Translations under genes and position numbers: made by a program
Shown: positions 53,559 to 64,000 of the stretch, piece after piece
How positions within the stretch are numbered: the stretch's first letter is position 1
Layout of the letters: every line of letters begins with the position of its first letter
The notes under the pieces: model-generated
What the model saw: the letters and a program-made list of their open reading frames with translations, nothing else
What the model was told of the DNA's origin: nothing
Databases searched by the model: none
Assembly (NCBI RefSeq): GCF_964204645.1
Contig: NC_134035.1
Location: 1,674,001 to 1,738,000 of the forward strand
Reading direction: 5' to 3'
Length of the DNA: 64,000 nucleotides
Source: Tubulanus polymorphus
Taxonomy: Eukaryota; Animalia; Nemertea

Positions 53559-54438
53559 ATCAGAGCCAGTCAAATGCGTGCATACCACTTTATTCAGCGT
53601 AGTAAACTACCAATATACAATACTCAAGAACCTAACTTAAATTCTCGTACTTTTATACAGCCACAATAGGATACTTTCCACTGTTAAAATAGTTCAGCTA
53701 TTTGGTTATACAGAAAATCCTGTGAAGGGGAAATTGGTGCTAGCTGATATAGTGATATAATATGAGCCCCTGTGAAAAGAATCACTATGAATTATTTAAA
53801 GAGGCTTTGAATTTTGAAGTTATTTTGGAATTCTCGATTTAATTGAAACTCGATAATTTAACGGTATCGTAACGTGTCGGAATTCTCTGTATTGTAGACC
53901 TATTGTAATAATTGCATAATCAGCCACTATTACATTATGTGTGAACAATGCGTACATAGATCATGACACACGTCCATATGGCGTTTCCTGTAAATCCGAT
54001 TGGATTACTTTTCCGAAAAATATCCTAGAAGAAATGAATTCCATCGATCAATAATTCGTCTTACTTCGGGACGGGGGGGGGGGCAGTTTGACAAGTAGCG
54101 TAGACGCCGAAGCGTATCATGATATGAAATGTCCATGGTAGCAATCCCTTCAATACGTTTCCGAAAAATTTCCAGGAAATTTCTCGGTTAGTCCATTTTC
54201 AAATTTTCGAAATGTGACAATCGCCGATAATTTTTAGCCGATCATCCCGTTACCAACCCTGTCGCGGGAGAACTTCTATCTGTACGCGATGACGCGAAGC
54301 GATGATAAAAGATGCCCACCTCGCCGCGGTAGCTGCAACATCAGCAGCAACTCAGCAGCGCCGAGGCACCTGCCACCCCTGCGCGCGCGTTATTTACGCT
54401 CGGTGGACGCGACCTCCGGTTAAACACATGAAACAAAC

Positions 54439-54745
54439 ATGGCGGACACCTCGAACAGCTCCGACACTACTACTGTCAAAATGCACTGCACCGATCACGA
54501 CGACGAGCCGCAAATGATCGAATCCGATGCCGTTTTCGTGAACGGCGACGCCGAAAAATCGTCGAGCGGGCCGGACCTGCTCCGTCCCGAGGATAATAAC
54601 TGTGTGACATCTTTAAACGATCAAGGAATATTGCGCAGGAGTAGTTTAATGTCGAAGAAACATCAGCAGCAACAACATCACCAACGAAAGAAAACCGTGT
54701 CATTTTCCAGTACATGTTTACCAGCAGAACGCAAGATAGCTAACG
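54439..54745 (+). CDS. PLCL: First coding exon of a phospholipase C-like (PLCL/PRIP) gene; the rest lies beyond the window
   Basis: AAAC-ATG start, LRRSSLM and RKKTVSFSS...ERKI (the PP1-binding KTVSF segment characteristic of the PLCL1/2 N-terminus), donor G|GTAAGA at 54745. Confidence 0.75.
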
Positions 54746-54929
54746 GTAAGACAGTGATATTTTTCTAGCTTCATGTACAGGGGTCAGGCTGATTACCGGG
54801 GATTTTAGGGGTGTGTGTCGTGCACTGTTGCAATCAATGCTGTAATTACCATGTCCGTGGCATACCCGGTTGTAGTCGATGTAATAGTAATAAACTGGGA
54901 ATATATTTTTTGTCAGTGACATTGACAAC

Positions 54930-55605
54930 TGTGAACTGGACTGCAGCAGTTTTAGTCAGTAACTGGACGGCAGTGTTTTGTCAGAAACCAGAGTGAGTGC
55001 AATTAAGTCAGCGGCTCCGCCACACTGCAATTCAGGCAGTAGGTGCCTAACTGGACTGTGGTGTAGTCAGTAACTACACTGCAGGTTTGGTCAGTAACTG
55101 GACTACAGGTTTGATCAGTAACTTGATTGTGTTTTAGGCAGTAGGCTGGTTTGGTCAGTAACTGGACTGCAGGTTTGATCAGTAACTTGATTGTGTTTTA
55201 GGCAGTGGGCTGGTTTGGTCAGTAACTGGACTGCAGGTTTGATCAGTAACTTGATTGTGTTTTAGGCAGTGGGCTGGTTTGGTCAGTAACTTGACTACAG
55301 GTTTGATCAGTAACTTGATTGTGTTTTAGGCAGTGGGCTGGTTTGGTCAGTAACTGGACTGCAGGTTTAGTCAGTAACTTGATTGTGTTTTAGGCAGTGG
55401 GCTGGTTTGGTCAGTAACTTGACTACAGGTTTGATCAGTAACTTGATTGTGTTTTAGGCAGTGGGCTGGTTTGGTCAGTAACTGGACTGCAGGTTTGATC
55501 AGTAACTTGATTGTGTTTTAGGCAGTGGGCTGGTTTGGTCAGTAACTGGACTGCAGGTTTAGTCAGAAACTGGACTGCAGGTTTAGTCAGTAACCGGACT
55601 GCAGT
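54930..55605. repeat. 64-bp higher-order repeat built from ~21-bp monomers
   Basis: GGTTTGGTCAGTA recurs every 64 bp from 55084; flanked by free GTCAGTAACTGGACTGCAGGTTT-type monomers. Confidence 0.9.
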
Positions 55606-57152
55606 TTAATTGAAACAAATCGTTTTCCATTAACTGCATCAGCAATTAGATCAATTGAACTGTCATTTGCGTATCCTTGTTGACTTTTTTCAGGCTTTTT
55701 TCAGGCTTGCTATTAAAGCTATGAAATAACAGTTCAGATTGACCCGAGCTATTACTAAAGGCTATATCTGGAGTAATAATAATTATTCTGACAAGCTGAT
55801 AGTGATAAAACACTTTAAACTGTCTAGTTCACATAATGCAATGTAGGTAGGTGCCTAATGCACCGTCATTGCGATGATGAATTTTGAAATTGAAAATGCT
55901 CGACAATCTACTGGTCTTAAAATGAACTTACCTGTAACATATATTCTTATTAGACTTAAATACATCTTGAATTCAGTTACAAATTTTGGAAAAGTGCCCT
56001 AGTTGCAAAAATTATTGTTAATCCTATAGAATTGCCCTTTTTCGGGTTTCTCTACCCCCCCCCCCCCTCCCAACGCTAGGTACTGCCCTGGATATGGTGC
56101 TTAGTTTGTTACAAAAAGTTATTCGAAGGCAATATTATATATTGTCTTATACAGGAATAAGACACTGGATAGAGCCAATTAAACAGATAATTGATGATTA
56201 GATCAGCTTTGAGTTAACAACTTGTTTCCTTTATGAGCGTTATTAGGTAGTAATGATAGATACAGCCACTGCATTTCTGTTGTAACTATTCTAAAAATTC
56301 GAACGCTAAGTCATATCCCTATAGCCTATTGGTACCGTAAATACGCTGATTAGGCCGACTTCACATTATTGATTCCATCGATTTTTCTACTGTCAAAGTT
56401 AGACCAAAAGCTTGCGATTTTTCAAGGGTCCACCTCTTCACTCAGAAAAGACTGAATCTTACCACGAAAGGCATTTAGCGAAAAAATCTGAATAAAGATT
56501 TGACGGAAAATCTACATTTTGTCGATACCATTATTGTCTGAAGTGATTGAAAGTATTTCAATGAAAAAGGCCCTATATATTCTTACAGAATAGGCCTCTA
56601 AACTGCTATATACTCCTAAGATATCGGCGAGTGACATATGTCTGGAAACCTGACGTAACTTGACGGGGGAGTAGGGAGTGGAAGGAGTGGGAGATCCGAG
56701 TCCCCGGGGATACGGATTACCCCCCGAAACGAAAATAGATTCGTCGCGGATTAAAAACAGCCCGAAATACCGCGAATAAGTCGAGTTGGCTCGCTGGCAG
56801 CTTACAGGCGTTTGAAGGAGTTATTTGATATGAATGAAAGGACGGATTCACCGACTGCCAGTTTGAAAATGACATTTTAGACGCTTTGTTGTCAATGGAA
56901 ACGGATCCTGTCGGGTTTCGGCTGGCGCTTCGTTCCCGCGAGTATGAACAAAGAAATATGGCTGCAAAGCAGTCATAGACAGCATGAATACCCGATATCA
57001 TCATCTATAATCAAGCTACAGGTACGCCCCCTGGTGGCAGTTGCGAAACCTCTATCACTATTCAGAATCTTGATTTTCATGTATTACAAGTTTGTGTTAT
57101 TTTGTTGTAAACCAAACTCACTCAGTATTTATTAAGTGTTTGTGCTAACCTG

Positions 57153-57333
57153 GGCCCGGTTTTATAGACAGTATCATCTGCCTGCAGTCGGGTAAATCCT
57201 GGGGCTCTTTACCCGGGGAGCTTACCCAATTGATAATGAATTGAGTTAGGCCTAACCCCGGGTTTAAGTTAATACCTATGTCTATAAAACCGGGCCCGGG
57301 TTTAAAAATAATACCAGTCTATAAAACCGGCCC
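57153..57333. mobile_element. Harbinger-like MITE with a duplicated right terminus
   Basis: GGCCCGGTTTTATAGAC...GTCTATAAAACCGGGCC; the right TIR occurs twice (~57280 and ~57317). Confidence 0.65.
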
Positions 57334-59194
57334 TTGGTGTCCACAACCTTCGCCGTGGCGTCATGCTGATTTCTACCCATTCTATCGGCGTCGCCGGCTA
57401 CAGCGGATATTTTGCTTGTATTCATAATTCATTAATTGATGCTCATATCGCTAGAGAACGGCGTTATGCGTTATGTGTATGAGTATTCCGTGACTTGACG
57501 CGCGTGCATGTAATTAGTTTAACGCCGGTTTATTCACGATCTAATATAGATTTATAGTATATCGTTCGTGTGTTCCGATCGATATAGCGCCTGTCGTTGT
57601 ATTCAATGTGTTTTTTGCCTTCGAGCGTCGACTGTCAATATTATTCATGTATATATATATATATATATATATAGTACCTGATTGTCTCTATTAGTTATTC
57701 ATCTGACAAATCTGATTCGATTTATTCGCGGCGCCTGAAAAAAATAACTGAACGCTTCAGCGACTGACTTCACAGCTTTGAATATGAACTGTTCCTGCGG
57801 TCTGGTTCCACATTTCTAGATCCAGTTCCGTGAAAACGATTTATTTTAGCTCTTAAATTCATTAAGGAGTTTGACCATTATTTGTCAAGCTGTGCCCGGA
57901 GCTAGATTTGATTTTACAGAGTTGAAAGACCCCCCGAGTAAAGATTAACCCTATTATAAAAGTAAGGTCCTGATTTTTATGTGAAAAACTCTTATCTTAT
58001 TTAACGCTATTGTTCATATATCGATATAAACCTCGAATGTTCCCAATTTTCAGGGCGTTATGTAGTCTCGTCAAAACTATGTAGAACAGAAGAACTTGTC
58101 CAGTCCTGAAAGTACACTTTGATGTCCAAAAAGGTCTATTCCTGCACGGTGGGACAATTTTTTATGGAAGTTGTCACATCCCGAAAGGACTCTTCGATGT
58201 CCAAAAAGGCAATACACATGTATAGGCTTTCGTGTACACCCGCGCTGAGGGGCCAATTTCTAAGAACTTGTCGCATCCCTAAAGGGCACTTCCGCGCCGA
58301 TATGCACCAATTATCTTTGTTAACAAAATGAAGAAGGACTTGTAAAAGTCTCGTAAGTCTCCTGGAGAAAACTTGCTAAACTCTCCTCAAACTGTGCGGA
58401 GTCATAGCAATTTTCATTCATCAGCAAAATGTAGTTTGTTACGAAATGTTATCGATGCTTTCACCATCAGACCCGCCCGAACACTCGTTTAATAGAGTCT
58501 ATTACCGATTCTAGATAGAATGTATTGTTTAAGCTAAGTGTTTAGGTAACGACTGTTATAACAACTCTTTTCTCGCTAACGAACGTTGATTAATTTGTCG
58601 ATCGACGGCGCGAATAGAAGTTCGCCGTTTATCGACGACGCGACTCGCCGTAATCGGTGGTTATTCGCAACCGATCTTCGTTGAACCGGTCGCAGTGACA
58701 CTTTCCATACTTAAATAACTGTCACAAATTTGATTTTTTTTTTTTACAAGAAGAGCTAGATAATTTTAAACGAAAAGCACATATTTCTTCAAGGTTTGTC
58801 TTTATTACCTGGAAACTACAGATTTTCAAAATTTCAGAATGCGCTTTTTGTTTCAAAATGCCCTTTTATAAGTTGTGCTTCCCTCGTCAGTGGTCCTTGT
58901 GGATCCGCACCTGTTATCATTATGAGTATAGTGGGAATTTGTATATATCCACATCAGTACTCTCAACCTCTCAACCTATTGTCTTATATTCGCCTCCACG
59001 GTTTATTGCTGCAACAAACGCCACCTGTTGCCGCCGCAGTCGCTATTGTGTCGATTACGGATGATTTAATTTCATTTTGATTAATGACGTTTATATTCAG
59101 TGAACACTATGAGAGTGAGACCGATTGAATCGATCTAATCCGTTTAATAACCCCGCTATAATGAATTCAATATCAACCAGACTCCCACATCTAC

Positions 59195-59515
59195 CAGAGC
59201 AGCTGCAGCTGCAGTTACATTTACATCTGTGACAGCAGCTACAGTTACATCTACGTCAGTTGCAGTTAGATACATTTACCACAGTAGCTCCAGTTACATT
59301 TACATCTACGACAGCAGCTGCAGTTACATTTACATCTACGACAGCAGCTGCAACTACAGTACATCTACTTCAGTTGCATTTATATCTACTTCAGCAACAA
59401 CAGTTACATCTACAACAGCTGCAGCTCCAGATGCATCTACCACAGTAGCTCCAGCTACAGTTTCATCTATTTCAGCAGCTGCAGCGCTGGTTACATCTTT
59501 GACCGCAGCTATGGG
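59195..59515. repeat. Degenerate CAGCTGCAGTTACATCTAC minisatellite
   Basis: Direct observation; it explains the spurious Thr/Ala-rich ORFs here. Confidence 0.85.
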
Positions 59516-62185
59516 TCATATTTACGGCGTATCCTGCCTTACGTCCACCACAATGAAATGAAGGAGTATACTGACGCCAGCTCGATGTCCGACCGGGTAA
59601 CCACGCAGTAAATCATGTGTATACAACTCCTAGGTCTTTCGTTTACTTAGCTTTTGGTATTCCTAATGGCGTACTGGTGGCCATTCATAACCCATATGAG
59701 TAGTAAATCTTGTATGGACAACTTAGGGGCCTTTCGAACTCGGTCACATTTGCTGTGGGTATGTTTTCGAGTTCACAACTGTTTAAATCGACCACATCAG
59801 CTATTCTGTGATGCTGTGTTAGAATGTAATTGAATTTAGTGGAACAAATATCTGCATCTTATTTGCATCGTGGATGGTTTATTTATTACCGCGCAGCGAG
59901 CCAACGCCCAATGGCGCTCGATAAACAGCGGTTCGCAACAGTCAATATCTGTTGTTATTTTGATCGGCTATTTCCGAGCTCTTCTTGTAGCGAATACTGA
60001 GGATATAGCCTTTGATATTTTACCAAGGCGACATCGGCGTCCCGATCATTGAGCCACACACTAGAGGGCGCTATGATATATACTCCTTATGCGTGTGAAA
60101 AGTTGTTAAATGGAATACGAACTGGATTTCTAGATACAAATCTTTTCAAACCAGTGATTGCTTAGATATAAGATCCACTTTCTCACTCCGTGTATTGTAC
60201 AGATTCCGCTGAAAATTGATTTACTGATTGGAAAAGTTAATTTCATTGAAATATAGAATAAAAGTAACGAAACGAGAAGTACTATATATAGTTTAACTAG
60301 TTTATTTGATGCACTAGCTTTCGCTATTAATGTATAGAAGCTTCATCGACTTCATCGAGTCTTGCATCTTGTGAGGAAGATGTCCCTCTGAACTAGAGCA
60401 AGTTGTTTTCTTCGTGTTGACTATTCTCCATTTCTGGCGGCTGGTAGTTGTACTAAAACATGAATCTACGAATCTTGTAATATAGAAGAAATCGGAAGCG
60501 CTGTAACTGCCGAGTATAACCACCAGACACCTAGCAGATCCTCTCAGAATCCTCACTCGCAGCGCAGTTCCTCATTCTGTACGGCGAATCTGGTGGCACC
60601 GACACGCAGGATTGAGACAGCGTCAGTCAGTCTCTTGTGTCGATACATCATCGGTAAAAGTGGTTTTTTGGTGCCGTGGAATTAATGTCTTAGGAATCCA
60701 TTAAGGCATTAGTCACGGCGACTCCAACGACTTCGCATTATCTCGGCCTGTTGCGTCGATTCTGTTTGCCTCTTGTATGTATAGACATCTATTTGCCACA
60801 ATCTGTCGGATAAGAACTTAGTTAAGCTAGTAAAGAATCCTCTAATTTTCTACCTTTATCCATCGGTTTCGTCAGACGGTCGATCTGATTCTTTCGTTGA
60901 TATCTTCGTGTGTTGGCTTATTTTTTGGTTATATGTCATATGAAAGCGTCTGCGTTGCAAAGCTTTTCTTCAAGCTTACAAAAGTAGGAATTGAAACGTG
61001 AAACCGTAGAGATTTAGCAATTGTTCGGGTGAATGGAGAAATTAGTTTTAAAGTAGATAATCGAACTGCGTCACGGTTTTGATGAATTAAAGGTCTAATT
61101 TTGCATGACTGATATTGATGTCAGTATTTCAGAGTTACGGAACTGAACGCGCTGTTCATCATATAATTTTACAATTTATTTTCCGACAAACGGAAATGAA
61201 GTTTTCGTTTCTGCGATGATGAAGTTTAGTCTCAGAACGTCGGAACTGTCAGAAAATGAATTCTTAAATCATCAACTGTGGGTTTTTTGTTCATTTAATG
61301 CGCCTTTTTTTAATAGCTTGGTTTACGGGAACTGTCTGCCGAAATTTGAAGAAAAGTCAAATAAAAAAGTATTTTTTGTAGAATTTTTATTCTGTCTGTG
61401 GAATAAATTCAGTGAAAAAACGAGGAAAAAAACAATTTTTGCCACGAAATGGGAATCCTGGCTTGAATGGTGAAAAACGCGAGGTTCTTTTTTGATCACA
61501 GTGTGCAGAATTTGAACTTTCTAAGAATCATTTGTTTGGACATATGTATATATTTCAATAGGTCTACCCCGCTATTAAAAAAAGGCCTTAATGTAGCATT
61601 TCAATGTCCGTCAACTAGGTATACGAAGGCCATGGCGTACTCGCCCCATTATGGCAAATGGCAGATTCATTAGTCTTCTCGCGATACGTCAGTCTGAAAA
61701 ATAAATCAGATTTATGGATGATATCGAACGTTTTAGATATTTTACCCGTATGAAAACCGGGTATTGTCAGAGTGGTTGCGGGATACAGCGAGCATACGGT
61801 CGGCTTTGTTATACACAGTTCTCTATCAGTAGATGGAGAATGATCGTATCAATGTCAGAGTATAATAAAACGCAGGCAGTTCTCTCCGTTCTATCGGCGG
61901 CGCGTTGTCATCCCCGGGTCGGGTCTATCGACTCTTTCATCACGCGAAAACAAGAACGGCTCTGATTATTATGCATGAAAAAACCCGATACTAAACATCG
62001 TTCGGTCGGATCTCTCGTTTGTCGTGCGTTTATCTCTCTCTCTCTCTTTCGTAGTCGTGCGTTGTTTGTGTGCAAACATTTCTTATCTGTATGCACAATA
62101 ACCGATAACGGAACGAAACTGAACGGTCGATCGCGATGGCGGCAACGCTGGCTGAAAGTGTGTGTTAGCAAGACAAGAATAGTAC

Positions 62186-62375
62186 TGGGTAGCATTCTAA
62201 GACAAGAGTAAAACAGGGTGGCATTCTTAGTCTGCTAATATTAAGACCAGAGTAAAACAGGGTAGCATTCTGGACCACTAATATTAAGACCGGAGTAAAA
62301 CAGGGTAGCATTCTGGACCACTAATATTAAGAAAGGAGTAAAACAGGGTTGCATTCTTAGCCCGCTACTATTGCG
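62186..62375. repeat. ~41-bp minisatellite, ~4.5 copies
   Basis: Repeated GAGTAAAACAGGGTAGCATTCTGGACCACTAATATTAAGAC. Confidence 0.9.
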
Positions 62376-63717
62376 ACAGTAAAACCGGGTAATTTTCGAA
62401 GCCAGCCAAACAGTAGTAATGATAACATTCACATCCCGCTTCTTTTCTATCTCTTTGAATCTCTGAGTTATCTTGTGTCCTCTTTATCTTGTGAATCAGA
62501 AGTCACTAGAGTTGATCAGGAGAAAATACCTACTCGGTCATAAAAAGTCTTCAAGTATATATCGGATTTTGCGGGAGAGGACGAAGGCCTGTTTCTCGAT
62601 TATAAAGTTTCTTGGTTATGCCAGCACTTGTGATGAATGTGATTAGACATAGGATATCTAGGCTTGCATAGAATTTTGATTGGGCTCTCAACGAGTAATG
62701 CTTATCTTCCCAATTTTTGCCAAGTTTTGCCTTTTATTTATATCATTCGTCACGGTCTAGTACTACAGACGATTCCATGTTTTGTTGATAACATATGAAA
62801 TGAATTATTCATTTCCTTGTTGATTGTGTTTGTTAAACAAACTCATTTTTGTCTGTCTGGGGGTTGTTTGTCTAAGGATATCTCTTTCAGCATGGTGGTA
62901 GTCATTCCACGCTTTAAGATATAAAGTCATGTCATCATATGGTGATCGTTAGCAGCATTCAGACATGGTCCGGACTGAAATTGTTCCGCTTTTTGGTCTG
63001 TACTAAGTTTACAGGCAAAAGTATTTAAAGTTACGAAAATAGTTTTGGACCTGGCAATTTTGTTGGTCCCGGCGGACTAAATTCTAAAACGAGTTTTAAT
63101 TCTATGATTTCTGTCACTGATTGGCTCACATTGCACTCAGCGATCGAAACGGTGTTCCTTGTTCAGCGTGAAACACTGACACAATAAAAAAGATTTTCCA
63201 ATCCCGTCTTGTTTCTTGTTGCAGAGCGATGCACACATCACATAGAAAGACAGAAAAACAGATTTTTTGTCGAATTCTCATGTTGCACGTTAGGCTTAAC
63301 AAGGACGCAATAAAAAAAAAAACTTGGTCATCGATCAGTTCGAGTATACATCAACTCAGGTGTTGTTTGTCGTGAAATGGACTCAGTCATGAAAAAGCTA
63401 GATAACGCTTAAAACGCGATAGAAAAAAAACTTGGTCATTGATCAGTAGGTAGTTCTACGTGTCTCGGGAAGGAGTGAGGTTTAATCAATCAGTTGAACT
63501 CAGGCGAGGAATGACCCGGTGAATAGTCCTCGTTGATAGTCCTCCGCATCGTCCTCGTCGCCGTCGGACACTTCAATTGATTATCGGTTATCGTGGAAGC
63601 GCGATCTGCAAGAATTAGATAAACAAGATGTTTTTCCGCGATGAAACCGCGTACGCCGGAGCTCTCCTCGAAATGTGCGCTTAATTCGACCGTAAATTTG
63701 AAGTGTACTCGTTATAC

Positions 63718-63915
63718 GTTCAAATTCAAGTTCAAGTTCAAGTTCAAACTTATTTCACAGAAAGCATGACCGGCTATTTATACAGCCTGAGAGAAAAAAC
63801 AAACAATAAAATTTACAATTTTTAAAAAAGCGCAATTATCAAAAGAGAAGGAGAACAGTAGCTCTCTGAGTGGGCCAAGCAAACCCTTTAGGCCGCTGTC
63901 GCAAGCACCCAGGGA
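63718..63915 (-). mobile_element. Possible 3' end of a LINE on minus with a (TTGAAC)n tail
   Basis: Minus strand reads AAATAAGT-TTGAAC-TTGAAC-TTGAAC..., the same layout as the tail of the LINE at 7370-7389. Confidence 0.35.
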
Positions 63916-64000
63916 AAAAAAACGAAAGGAAAATGAAGAAAAAAAGGGAAAGGAAATGAGAGTTGATAGTTTTCGTATATCGGTGCTGTTGCTGCTGTTG

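Noticed and set aside
56944-57021. Alternative PLCL first exon ending CAG|GTACG
   Set aside because: Phase 0, whereas the 54745 donor is phase 1, and there is no recognisable similarity. It may be a UTR exon but is unsupported.
59229-59561. Mucin-like Thr/Ala ORFs
   Set aside because: By-product of a minisatellite, with no convincing splice sites or start.

Overview
AT-rich, intron-containing animal DNA, probably from a lophotrochozoan invertebrate (inferred from gene content and repeat types). Recognisable genes, all on +: LARGE xylosyl/glucuronyltransferase (16 coding exons, 17556-32733, 737 aa by manual splicing), RPL39 (34644-35864), a ZXDC-like C2H2 zinc-finger gene (~36554-45506) and the first coding exon of a PLCL/PRIP-like gene (54439-54745). 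The most interesting locus is LARGE intron 10 (22933-29757). It holds four near-identical intronless 95-96 aa NON-histone genes in two head-to-head pairs. Each has a TATA promoter and ends in a histone-type 3' stem-loop (GGTCCT-TCTC-AGGACC) followed by an HDE-like CAGATAGA, with no conserved poly(A) signal, suggesting SLBP/U7 processing of a non-histone mRNA. A predicted 4-exon gene for a 73-aa signal-peptide protein lies between the two pairs. The first 10 kb carry a minus-strand gene missed by the ORF track, built from symmetric 24-45 nt micro-exons and expanded by triplication of a ~1.6-1.7 kb cassette, one copy of which is interrupted by a 5'-truncated LINE. Many MITEs, SINEs, minisatellites and hammerhead-like hairpin elements are also present. 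All gene models were spliced by eye; no searches were run.
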